Source of the DNA: Hormiphora californensis
Taxonomy: Eukaryota; Animalia; Ctenophora
Length of the DNA stretch: 64,000 bases
Reading direction: 5' to 3'
NCBI GenBank assembly: GCA_020137815.1
Contig: CM035355.1
Span: 558,001 to 622,000 of the forward strand
Shown: piece after piece, positions 39,801-51,628 of the stretch
Layout: every line of letters begins with the position of its first letter
How positions within the stretch are numbered: the first letter of the stretch is position 1
Notes under the pieces: generated by a model
What the model was told of the DNA's origin: nothing
Databases searched by the model: none
What the model saw: the letters and a program-made list of their open reading frames with translations, nothing else
Made by a program: the position numbers and the translations under genes

Positions 39801-40904
39801 GTTTGTTTATATTTCGTTATCTGTTGTTGAACGTGGTTGTATCTCTCAGTGAATCATCTAAACTACCCGTCCCACTTTCATTGAATACCTCCCCCCACAG
39901 AGCATGTGTGACGATGCTATTTATTATTTTACTACAACTCTGCTGTTATTCGGTCGTTCAGTTCATGATTATCGACAATATTCTGTGGAGGGTCTTCAAG
40001 AAAAATATCCTAAATCACAAAGTAAGCGCTCAGTACCATACTACGGTATTATTTGGTTCGTACCCTACTTTTTGTTATTCTACGCATCATCTCTCAACAA
40101 TCTAACTACTTGAGAGTTGAGGCTACTGGCTAGATGACAAACAACCCAACTACATCAGCTTTACCAGACAACTATGTTATGTCCTAACCAGATAGAATTA
40201 TACATTTAAACCAGATATAACTGTCTAACCCTCCCTTCCCCATCCCCGACAAATATATCCCCTTCCCTAAACCCAACCACGCGGTGACACTTAGGACACG
40301 GAAAGGTTGCAAGAAAAAGCCTAACCACATCTCTCTCAAACCTAACCCCATCTCTCTCAAACCTAACCCCAGCGCGCGCAAACCGAACCGCAGCGCGAGC
40401 AAACCGAACCCCAGCGCGCTCAAACCTAACCCATCTCGCTCAAACCTAACCCCATCTCTGCGAAAACTTAACCCCATCGCGCTAAAACCGAACCCCATCG
40501 CTCGCAAACCGAAACCCCAGCGCGCGAAAACCGAACCCCAGCGCTCTCAAACCTAACCCCATCTCTCTAAAACCTAACCCCATCTCTCTCAAACCTAACC
40601 CCATCTCTCTCAAACCTAACCTCATCTCTCTCAAACCTAACCCCATCTCTCTAAATCTAACCGCTCTTCCAAAACTAACCACTCTTCAAAACCTAACCAC
40701 CTCCCCCTCCTCCAGATACACCACAAGTACCCATGGATGTCTCAGATCATGCTAAACTACCCTCTCTACATGCTGGTCTTCTCCATCTTCATCCCCTTTG
40801 TGATACACTTCAGGATGACACGGATGGTGAGGCCTGCACAACATGACACTCGGACACTAGTCAGCCATGTCCACCAGCTGTTACGGTTCAAAACTTCTGG
40901 GTAG
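36830..40904 (+). CDS. Multi-exon rhodopsin-like GPCR (TM3-TM7 recovered): exons 36830-36981, 37110-37224, 39203-39392, 39556-39752, 39901-40021, 40716-40904; TM1-2 exons not located
   Basis: Phase-consistent splicing gives FCNISGYIFFV..STLLALDRLIAVQYPLIH (TM3, DRY-like), FWAFNLLSMATPF (TM4), an ECL2 Cys (CVCNW), TM5 YMILP, a long ICL3, TM6 RACVTMLFIIL and TM7 SIFIPFVI. Confidence 0.8.
37558..38898. mobile_element. Near-perfect 1.34-kb palindromic DNA transposon derivative (CAC...GTG termini, 4-bp TSD TGCC; Chapaev-like), intronic
   Basis: Mirror ORFs 37648-38025(-) and 38431-38808(+) differ at one residue; ~660-bp arms with a ~17-nt spacer near 38220-38236; TGCC flanks both ends. Confidence 0.85.
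40315..40700. repeat. ~21-bp intronic minisatellite (aaacctaaccccatctctctc)
   Basis: About 17 degenerate copies ending just before the acceptor at 40715. Confidence 0.85.
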
Positions 40905-40924
40905 AGAGAGACAGAGAGAGAGAA

Positions 40925-40955
<31 letters not shown>

Positions 40956-40968
40956 AGGGAGTGAGAGA

Positions 40969-41025
<57 letters not shown>

Positions 41026-41279
41026 AGAGATACATTGAGAGATACAGTGAGAGAGTTAGATTGACGAAGCAGAGAGACCATGAAGGACAGAAACATTCCA
41101 TAGAGACTATTACACCCCAAATTAAAAGGACAATTATTTATTTTGTTGATTGTTATAAAAAGTTTCAATTGTTCGTTACCGTAATACAATAGTTCTTTTG
41201 ATTTAAATTGGCTCAGTGCCATTGTAAAATATAAAATGGTGGGTTGAGACTCACTAATCACTATATTATCTCATCTTAT

Positions 41280-44200
41280 CTTCACTTCCTTGCTCAACAA
41301 GCATCTTGCTCTTATCTGTTTAATCGCAGCTATTAAACAGCAGCACCTGTCAGAAGCGAATAAGACAAATACCTATCACATGTTCTCTCCACGTAGGCAA
41401 CTGTCTCATTTCTTGTTTCTGTCACCGTCATCTCAGCTGTGGGTATCAGCGCAGTGGGTCTTGGTGGGTCTCAGTAAGTCTCGGTGAGTTTCTGTCAAAG
41501 TCAGTCTGAACCAGAAATCATAACAGGGGAAGGTCTGACAGGTCTGACCGTCTGAGGGGTCCGTATAATATATAATCAACTGATAAGTGTAGCCGCTATG
41601 ATATTTGCCCAGACAATTAGTGTAATTGGTGAAGTTAGGAGGGAGGAGGAGGAGGAGCGGAGAGTGAACGATTCTGTCGTACACTGTACCACAGAGAGGG
41701 GAGGGTCCCACGCTGCTAAACCGTCTGAGAGGGTGGTACAGGGTGTCTTTATTAAACTTTGAAAGGTTGAAAATGATCTTCCAACAATGTGTTTGTACAG
41801 AAACTGAGAAGTAAGGTTTGTTGTGGGTACTCACCCCCAGTACCAATGGTTCTGCACTCTCTGAACCCGACCCCCACTAAATTATACTCCGAGCTGTTAC
41901 ACCGTACTGTCACAGTGTCCCCAGCCCCAAACAGGCCCGTGCCACTGTCTGGGCTGGAGGATGAAGGTGCGAGCTCTGTGTTGGACAGAGCCAGTGTGGG
42001 GTCCGTACATCCCGCTGTAAAATATAGGTGGGTTTTTGAGAAGCATCGGGGCTGTTTCAGGCCGTAAAAGCAGGGAGATACATCAAATCAAAACGCAGTG
42101 TACACTCAGTGTACAGTCGGACCCCGATTTACCGGGAAGATAAAACCCTTTCCCCCGAGCATCCCGGTAAATCGGGGTGCGACTGTAGTTTCTAATAGTT
42201 ACCTTTGCAGTTTCGATAATTACCCTCCGTCAGAGTTGGTTCATAACCGCTCAAACCACACAGGGTTTTAGAGGAACGCCCATAAGATTCCCTAGTTACG
42301 CCATAACCCACGGAACATGCCAACGAAATGTCTGGAGCGAGAGTTGGATATGTGTTTAAACAGTGGTTAAGATGCTTTCCAGCAGTCTGACACAAAGGTA
42401 AATCTCAGAAACCCATTTCCTTATATTACTCATTAAATTAAATTCTTTTTCCCCAAAATATACTGATGCCAGTATGTCATGTCAGTCTCTGGTTGAGAAT
42501 GACGTGATTCCTCACCTAGAAGATACTTTATTGCTCTGCTAAAAGGGTTAAATTGAAATTGGCTCCCATTACTCATCATCAGCACCTACTCGATTTATCA
42601 TTCCTAGACTGTCTCAGTCTTTGATCACGCACAAATACTATCTCATAATGTCATGCACTGAGTTGGTTATCTATGGCAGCCCATTTCTATATTTGCTAAA
42701 TAAAAACTCAAACTGAAAAGGGGTTCCCACTTGTATTGGTTTATACGAAATTCCCCACGGTTTAGACCAACCCCGGCCCCCTGATGAGATCTGTCTGGCG
42801 GCACCAGACCCCGATTTCATTCTCAAATGCGACAGTGCGTTCAGATGGGGTCTGCGGAGCCAGACAAGATGAGATAGAGATTTAATTTGAAGGTTCAATT
42901 TGAAGTTTTTAGTAGTTAGTGGTTAGGAAGAGCATGTCGAGACACAACTCTCCAACTCTAACCTCCAAATTTGAAGTCTCGATCTCATCAGGGGGTGGAG
43001 CTATGATCGTGGGAAATTTTACAAAACCCAATACAAGTGGGGACCATTTTGAGTTTTACCTTTTACCACTTTACCAGCGTTTTCCTAAGACAATAAAATA
43101 CATTTTGGCCCACCCTCAGAATCAGTCGCACTTTTCCCGCCCTGTACATGTGTCATGTACGGAAGGGGCGGACATTTATTTGGGTGGTTCTACGCGCGCG
43201 AGTACACAAATGTACATTGTATTCCAGACACTCGCGCGAATTTCGTGTCCCCATCCTGGACACAGAAGTTCACGACAGTGCACATCTAGAGTCTCCGGTT
43301 TTGTGTCCCGTCTATTTTATCTGACTCACCTAGACTTAGATCCCTGACAACCGGAGCCTTGAAGGTGTTAATCTCTTTAGACCCTTTCGGGTAAGACACG
43401 TCCATATTGACTCTAGATAAAAACACCGGGTCCAGATTAGGGCATCCCCTGGCACACCAATTTGTCTCCGATGTGAATATATCGGGTTTAATTGTTCCCG
43501 AATCACACCACACTTTTATCCGGCCACTGTATTTATCCAGATAGTCTCCTACCGGGGATTTCAAGGGATACAAATAGTTCAATGTGTGTAAAAATTAACT
43601 AAATTTCAACATGAACACAACAGGTTCTACCTAGTTGTTATATGTGAACCTATTATAATTCTCACCTGCTGTGGGAAGAGACTCCTTGGTTTCAGGATCA
43701 TAGTTTCCCATGACTCTGAACTTGTTCATAAACGTCCATGTGTCAATCTGAGAGAGGGAAAGAATGGTGGAAATATATCATACTGTTTCGTAAATTACAG
43801 CCTAGCCGACCACCAGGATTACGTAAAACGAGCGCCCCTGACACCCGTTATTGGTTTCTCACAGTTTGGGGTTGGTCAGACTTGTAGGAGCTACATAACA
43901 GCTACATAAGCAGTCGATTGTATAATACCTGGCACTGAGCGGTGATCCAACCCCCATCCAAGATGGCAGTCCCGTCTGTGGCAAGGGCGGGTTTAGAGGG
44001 GTCTGGGTTGGCGTTCTCTAATGTCACCTCGTATCGCCACTGGTTGGGCAGCAGACAATTCACGCCTGGGGGGGGGGGGGGGTAACAGGCCCTGGAGACA
44101 TTTTCTAGACAGCCCAAACCTCGTATAATTTACCCAATCCCTCAGGTCCTCATCAACCTAATGTCAACTGATGGAAGCTGTCATTTAGGTCTGATTAACC

Positions 44201-44941
44201 AGATTGTCAGTTACTATAGCAACCAATCATATAATTAAACCTACCAAACCATATACTTTACCTACTCTTATGATTATGTGTCGCCGGCCGAAATGCCATG
44301 GCATTTAAGAATCTCTTATAGTTACCCATATCTTGTTTCTCTGATCCCCTCTCCCTTTCTCCCTCCCTCTCTATCTACCCCTCTCTCTCTATCTATTCGA
44401 CAACCTGGTAACTCTTCAGAAAGAGATCATTCTAGAACACACCACACATCCCTCTTAAAACAAAATTCTCGACAGCATGATTGACATGACAGACATCCCA
44501 AATTGTCAGATGACGACAATCTCACAGACAGTTAGAGTTATATTCTGTCGAACGATGGATGACATATTACTTGTTTGAGTTCGACACATATCAACTTCAC
44601 GATCTGTCTGGCGCCGCGACCCCATCTGAGCACACTGTCGCACGCTCAGATTAGAATCAAATGGGGTATAGCGCCGCCATACAGATCAAGATCAGCTTTG
44701 TACTTAATTACCCCTTGGTACATCTCCCTGCATTCTCTCAACAAAACCAACCCTGTACCAAATCCATTGCCCCATTAGCTCATTTTATCTTGAACCCAAT
44801 GGACCTCTTGTTGAGTACCCAACAAAGGGTCCCCATATCCTGGCCCCACGGCCCACACAGTAGATCCCGGACCCCACACTCACTTCCATGAACAGAGAGG
44901 GGAAGGTAACAGAGTACAAGAGCAAACAAAACACCTGGCAT
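41280..44941 (-). CDS. Secreted or type-I membrane Cys-rich protein with Sushi/CCP-like modules, multi-exon
   Basis: Signal-peptide-like MPGVLFALVLCYLPLSVHG from ATG 44941. Exons 44065-43929 (VNCLLP..WITAQCQ), ~43748-43666, ~43590-43330 (IKVWC..WCARGCP) and ~42015-41840 (GCTDP..GDTVTVRCNSSEYNLVGS). A possible hydrophobic C-terminus lies near 41300-41370. Some indels. Confidence 0.6.
42113..42187. mobile_element. ~72-bp pogo/Tigger-like mini-MITE, TA-flanked
   Basis: TA|CAGTCGGACCCCGATTTACCGGGA...TCCCGGTAAATCGGGGTGCGACTG|TA; a related remnant lies at ~61737-61782. Confidence 0.7.
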
Positions 44942-45336
44942 GGCTAAAAAAGGGATAGACTGCAGAGAGTGTGTCTGTCCGATGCTGTGTCAGCAAATCA
45001 ATCAAGAACTTCTTCTGGCTTAGTTTTGTTGTTCAAGTTTAGGTTGACATCGCCAGAAAGGTGATTTGTGGGGTGTTCGAAAAGTCAGTCAAATTCTGTC
45101 AGAGCATTGGCAATGTCGAGAACTGTCTGGCGGCGCCGACTCGATCTGAGCTACTGGGAATCAAACGGTATCTGGTGCCGCCTGACAAGCCAGTAAAAGT
45201 ATATTGGATGTGTTTGCCAAGCAGGTTTATTGTTTGCTCTTGGTTGGGTACAAAAAAAAGTGTGCAAGTTTCACAAATCACAGTTTATTAAAGCTGAATC
45301 AAATAAAAACAGAAATTAAAAATCAATGAAAACTCA

Positions 45337-48300
45337 CTAAACCTCACCATCACCACCACCACTAGACACACTCGGTGTCTGTGCCAGTCTAATTTGAAAC
45401 CTGGCACTAACCCAGGGCTCCCCCAGCTGCAGGACAGGAACATTGTCTGGTATTTGGTGGAGGACATTGCTAACCGTCACAACCAATCTAAAATCCCCGA
45501 CCTCATCACTAACAGGAAGTGCTTGTCGTCTGAGTTTCCTGGCCACACTGTTTATGACGTCACGTGATTTAGTGGAGCTTGTTATGTGGAGTTTGATACA
45601 TGGAGCAGGGACCACTAGATCTCCCGAGCTGTAGATCCTGACTACCCCACTGGATCTATCTAGCGTGTCCGTTACACTGGTAGCCGGTGAGGATGGGGAG
45701 AGGAGATCTGAGATGGATCGGAGGGAATCTGAATTCTCAGTCATCAGATCAGCGAGGACGTTACTGAAAGTACAGTATTGCGCCCAAACATCATTGACCG
45801 TGTCGTACACACTCTTTATCTGGGTCTGGTTCTTCTTTAACTCCGCACACCGGTCACTATTTATAGTCTGGCGGATCTGCTGCGTGAGTAACGCGTGACA
45901 TGTACTCACGTGACCAATGGTGTGTAAGATGGACCGCGTGAGTTCCTCCCCTGCTACTATGTTCAGCAAGATCTCATAATTCTGTAGTGGCACAGATATA
46001 GTTCCCTCCGTATCGGCATCTACACCGAGCGGGGAAACAACAGCGGGGGGAACTATCAATATCACACTAGCTCGACCGACCTCGACTATAGTCTTAGTGT
46101 AGATCGAGTAACTATCAATGTCTGATAGAGTATCCTGGAGCCTTGATAGTAGAGTACACGCCGCGGCAGAGACTTGACGGCACAGCACTGAATTGTCATT
46201 ACCCATAGTTAGGGATCTCCACTCGTCCGACGTTACATGCCCATTCTCCCTCACATACTCAATAGGGGGTAAAAGTGGGGATGATTTATCGACCACAATC
46301 TCCAAATCCTCTCCCTTCATCTTGAATTGCAATAACCCCACAAATAACCCTGGGGTTTGGGACACACTGAATCGAGTATAGAGCGTCTGGAGATCAGCCG
46401 CGTTGAGATGTGCTATATCAAAAGCATCCCTCGGCTGAACTGCACTGGTGGTGAGGGATGAAAGGGGTTTCAGGGAGACTGAGGTGAATGGTGGTGATGT
46501 CATATCCACAGTTTTAATCAGCAGTATCAGTAGTTGTCCCTCTCGTTTAACTAGTCTGTAGTAGGGCACACCAAGGTCAGTACAACTGAGACATTCCTGG
46601 AGGTAGATCGCCCCACTGAGGATCTTATACCTCAACCCAATCCCGCCTACATCTTGGCACTGAGCCAATTCGTCCCTGAGTTGGGAGGTACCCTGCCATC
46701 CGGACACGGCATGCTTGAAGAGCCATGTTAGTTCTGTTTCTGCAGAGGGCGCTGTGACTAGTCCTTCAACCTCTACTGTTGGTAGTTTATCCGCCTCTGT
46801 TAGGAGGACTTTACCGGCGGGGGTGCAGTGTAAAACTGAGAGGTATAGACACCTGAAAGAGATGTAGAGATTAGAGATATAATGAGAGTGAGGAAAGAAG
46901 TAGAGGCACTTAGTTAAGTGGTGAATAATTTTAATTTCGATCGTATGCTTGGGGTAAATTTTTTGTCAGCATGATAACTTCTGTTCATGCGATACACATT
47001 ATTTGGATAACTTCTGTCATCTGATTATTTCACCATCCCGCCGCTCTTAATCGGTTGAATATTTCTCGCTGATAATATTGAGAAACTACCAGTACCCACA
47101 CTGTCATAGCAAAAGCTTTTAGTATATTTCTTGGGATCAAAGTATTATGTAGAAAATCGAGACAAATTCAAATGATACCATGGTGCCATTTTAACGTGAT
47201 GGTATATTTCATTCCCTCTTCCTCACTCTAGAAAATATTTCTTCATATATAATACCAGGGAACTCAAACATGCATCCTTTCAATGTTCATTATTTCACGA
47301 GGGAAATTTTCAAAATCTCAATCAATTTCTAATATTATTTATTTAGGTTGGGCACATCGGAATTTTAATTTCGGGGGAATATAAATTTCTGCAATTCCTT
47401 CAGCAATACCTCTCCGCAGTGGTATCACAGAATTAGGATGTCTCTAGGTAGCTCTGTGTCTCGACATGATCCTTAACAGCTTCACAGTTACCCTGTTATG
47501 TGGTTTAAGCCTCCTACCCAAAGTTCTCAGAAATTCTCGTAACCACTTTAGTAATATCTCCCTACTCGTAACCACTTTAGTAATATCTCCCTATTTAATT
47601 TCACCAAGTGAAGCAGAGGTTCCCATACTCTCTCTGTGTAGTGTGGACTCAACGAAATGGGTAATGATCATATAACTCGTCAACGTAACTACAAACCTAT
47701 TGAGAGTTTTGACGAATTTCGGTGAGCTGAAAATCCTGCTCAGACTCTTGTTCCGCGTTTTGGTTTTGGAGGGAGTGGCAGTCATGAGATGGGGGAAGAG
47801 AGAGCTGTAGTTGGTCCGCATATCGGAGAGACATTTGGAGATGGTTGAGAGGTGTGTTATTGTGTCGGGTAGTCTCTGGTTACAGTCTGACCAATGAGAT
47901 GGACGGCACCTGGGAGAGAGGGCGGTTAGTGGGTGGGTTAGGGGTTAGTGGGTGGGGAGGGCGGTTAGTGGGTGGGGGATGACACCTGGGAGAGAGGGCG
48001 GTTTGTGGGTGGGTTAGGGGTTAGTGGGTGGGGGAGGGCGGTTAGTGGGTGGGGGGATGACACCTGGGAGAGAGGGCGGTTAGTGGGTGGGTTAGGGGTT
48101 AGTGGGTGGGGGAGGGCGGTTAGTGAGTGGGTTAGGGGTTAGTGGGTGGGGGAGGGCGGTTAGTGGGTGGGGACGACACCTAGGAGAGAGGGCAGTTAGT
48201 GGGTGGGTTAGGGGTTAGTGGGTGGGGGAGGGCGGTTAGTGAGTGGGTTAGGGGTTAGTGGGTGGGGACGACACCTATATAGGAGAGAGGGCGGTTAGTG

Positions 48301-48708
48301 GGTGGGGGAGGGCGGTTAGTGGGTGGGGGAGGGCGGTTAGTGGGTGGGGGAGGGGTTAGTGGGTGGGGACGACACCTAGGAGAGAGGGCGGTTAGTGGGA
48401 ACCGGGAGGGTTAGTGGATACTGGATGGGTTAGTGGTTAGGGGTCCGCAATGGGTTATAATAGTAGTTACTAGTTAGTGGCTAGTATTTTAGTAAATGGG
48501 TCAGGAAGATAGGTAGGGGAATAATGAGGGGTGTTATAGCGGTGAGTATTTTGGGAAAGGGGAAATGCTTTTGTTGTTTATGTCAATGGTATAATTTACA
48601 GATTTGGTCCCCATAAATATTCAGAACCCATTATTGATGATTGCAATACATTAGCCATCGTGAATGTCCAGGTTGACCTCTTAGCGGGATAAAGAGGGAT
48701 AAAGGGCG

Positions 48709-48755
<47 letters not shown>

Positions 48756-50591
48756 AGAGAGAGAGAGAGAAAGAAAGGGTGGATAGAGGTAGGATTTATG
48801 CAACATCTGCTGCAAAGAGGACCCACTTAACCAAAATCTGGTTCAGTTTTAATTCGGCAACAAGCTGCCATTTCTCGAAAACAGAATTTTTGTTTATTTA
48901 TAGATCAGAGATAAGTCTAGACATGACCTTGAGTGGGTTAACTAGTTCTACGTCGTGGGTTCCATTTCGACAGTTCCCTCAGATGGCATTGGCGGGGCCC
49001 AATATCTTTTAACTATTTGACTACCTTTGGCATTGCAAGGTTTGGTGATGTGAGTCAGTGATTGTTAACAAGATAGACAACGATATAATGGTACTAAATC
49101 AAATAAATTGACAGAAGCTTTCGAGATCACTGTGTATCACGTCTTCAGCTATAATGAGAGTGAGGGTGGTAGTCCTTATAAGGGAGGAGAAGAGATAGGT
49201 GATCCAGAGGGAGGAGATGTGGTTAGGAAGGAGAGGTGATCCAGGAAGGGGAGAGAGGTAGGTGATCCAGGGAGGAGAGCAGCTAGGAAGCGGTAGGTGA
49301 TCCGAACTTGGAGATGTTGCTGGGTCTAGGATGGAAGGAAGAGGTGATCCGAGGAAGGAGGGAGTTCCACTGAGGATTGATGGCGGGTCCCTTGAGGGTA
49401 CGGTTGAGTTCAGGTTTGAGGATAGTAATGGCAGCGTGTTCTAGGAGATCCAAGTGGGAAGAGGATGGAGCAGTAGTTAGGATTTCCGTGTTGTTCCAGC
49501 CAATGGTGTGTGAAGATTTCAGGGCATGTAGGGCAGGGGCGGATTTGATGTTTCCATAGGAATCAGTAGAATTATCAAGGCGGTGATGGCGCTCGTGTTC
49601 CGTGATGCGAGTAAGAACAGGTCGTTTGGTTTGGCCAATGTAGGAAGCAGGACAGTCCAGACAGGGAATCCGGTAGATAACGATGGAGAGAGAGTAGTAG
49701 AAGATAGGTTAATAACGGTTTTAGAGGTATCCAGAGCTGGAGTAGTGGGGGTAGTAGTACGTAGGGGTCCAGAGATGGAGGGAGATGAGATGTGGAAGTC
49801 TCGAAGTAGGGAGTAGGGGTTGGCGGAGGGGGAGTTGTAGTAACGGAGGAGGTCACCGAATTTCTTCTGGTGAGACGTCATCAGAGAATGGTCAGTGATT
49901 GGTTTCCTAGGCGATGTGAGTCAGTGATTGGTTTCCTAGGTGATGTGAGTCAGTGATTGGTTTCCTAGGTGATGTGAGTCAGTGATTGGTTTCCTAGGTG
50001 ATGTGAGTCAGTGATTGGTTTCCTAGGTGATGTGAGTCAGTGATTGGTTTCCTAGGTGATGTGAGTCAGTGATTGGTTTCCTAGGTGATGTGAGTCAGTG
50101 ATTGGTTTCCTAGGCGATGTGAGTCAATGATCATGGTTTCCTAGGCGATGTGAGCCAATGATTATGGTTTCCTAGGCGATGGTTTGTCAAATACTGTGGT
50201 CTGTGGGATCAGGGAGGCTGGGTCAGAGGTAAATAACAAGATGACTCAACAAGGCGAAATAAGAAGAGATAGGAACTTTATTTTGGGGCGTGGGTAACAC
50301 AACAATAACTTACTTGACTGGGTGGGTAGCGGTTCCAAACCCCTTTATGTTTCCTGCCTGGACTGTGAAGTAATACGTTGTACCCTGTCGGAGAATGTGG
50401 AATTATGACAACAATTGATTAGTAGTTGGGTTAAACCGACAAGGCACTGGGGGTAAGGACGCAGAACCCACAATTACTGGTTCCTATCAGTACCTTGGAA
50501 AGGCCACTAATTGTGTGGGAGAGGAAGTGTCCAGCAGGTACTGTTTCTGACCAGATATCACTCTTGAAATTGGGACAACAACTCCACTGAA
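45337..50591 (-). CDS. ANKFN1: Ankyrin repeat and fibronectin type-III domain protein (wide awake / banderuola homolog), 3' exons: 50591-50494, 50384-50314, 47909-47697, 46852-45337; 5' exons not located
   Basis: Spliced FN3 second half VQWS...HTISGLSKGTTYYFTVQAGNIKGFG, then CRPSHWSD, FSSPKFVKTLNRCLYL, PGLFVGLL, VRENGHVTSDEW and a C-terminal RA-like domain (IKLHITSSTKSRDVINSVARKL). All match the ANKFN1/wake architecture as I recall it. Confidence 0.82.
47908..48410. repeat. Intronic G-rich tandem repeat (gggttaggggttagtgggtgggga) containing copies of the splice acceptor
   Basis: The motif cacct(g/a)ggagagagggc recurs at ~47907, 47983, 48061, 48177 and 48373. Confidence 0.85.
49380..49890 (-). 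mobile_element. Internally deleted Penelope-like retroelement (N-terminal region joined to GIY-YIG endonuclease, RT absent)
   Basis: Minus-strand reading gives HQKKF...KTVINLSS followed directly by VIYRIPCLDCPASYIGQTKR..TRITEH..SAPALHA..HTIGWNNTEIL..LLEHAAI..LNR. Confidence 0.8.
49891..50180. repeat. 29-bp tandem minisatellite, about 10 copies
   Basis: (gtcagtgattggtttcctaggtgatgtga)n, with no spacers. Confidence 0.95.
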
Positions 50592-50747
50592 CTGGAAAGA
50601 TATTGCTGTTATTGGTTACCAACAGGGTTACCAATACGGTTACTAGTGGTTACCAAGGACAAACGTGTTACCAAGGACAACCAGTATAGGAAATACTGAA
50701 CTACGTTTACAAACAAAACAACAGACAAAGGTTTAATTTCTAAGATA

Positions 50748-51500
50748 GGGTAAGCTGGGGTGAAATGGCCCGCGGGGTAAAGTGGCCCATGTATGGGGCA
50801 AAGTGGCCCTAGTTATTACATGTGGTCACGTGACTTTTTCTCCAGCGGAGACCTGCTCGTTCTGTTCCGAATTTTCGCTTTAAAACTGCTGTCATTTCTG
50901 TTTGGGTTGGCCGATTTTAATATTGCAAAAACTGCCAGTTAGGCTTTATAATTCTCTAAAACGTGGTATAAAAATGTTTGAAGAAATTGGCATTTTTGTT
51001 GTCTTAGTTGTCAATTTTGTGAAATCGGGGCAAATATGGCCCACTCTCCGGGGCAAAGTGGTCCGGTCTGGGGCAAAGTGGCCCACCTCTAGGACCAATG
51101 AAATGGCGCCTGCAATACCACGTGATATTGAATGCACAAAAATGTAGTACAGACGATCAAATTAGGGGCAAAGTGGCCCATGTTCCGGTGCAGAACATGG
51201 GCCACTTTGCCCCTAGTTTGATCGTTTCGTCTAACAACACCAGGCACGTGATAAAATCGAGCAATGCTATTGGCTTGGGCCACTTTGCCCCGGTGCAAAT
51301 TTTCCAAAAAACGCCTCACCAAATTATTTGAATTGATTAATTAACTCATTAAATAAAACTTGTAGATAATAAAATTTAGCTCGGCTGAATGGAAAAGGTT
51401 TCATTGAATAGCCTATATAATTTTTTTCTTCCTGCTGTATAAATTGCGTATTTTAGAACCTAAAACGTTAAAAGTGGGCCACTTTTACCCCAGCTTACCC
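50748..51500. mobile_element. MITE with TA TSD, related to the 3448-6006 element
   Basis: TA|GGGTAAGCTGGGGTGAAA ... TTTTACCCCAGCTTACCC|TA; internal ggggcaaagtggccc repeats. Confidence 0.85.
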
Positions 51501-51628
51501 TACCGTGTATGGGCCGGAAAAACAGGAAAAACTAGATGGTTCGTGGGTTAAAAACAAAAACAGCAACGATAACAAACTCGTAATTTATTGAATATCTGTT
51601 CATACTATTTCCCAACCTCTAACACACT

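Noticed and set aside
40315-40700. Interstitial telomere (cctaaccc / gggttagg motifs; also 47908-48410)
   Set aside because: The motifs are embedded in longer minisatellite units, not (TTAGGG)n arrays.
49891-50180. CRISPR-like 29-bp repeats (also the 20-bp array at 54973-55167)
   Set aside because: Head-to-tail repeats with no unique spacers, no cas genes and a eukaryotic intronic context.
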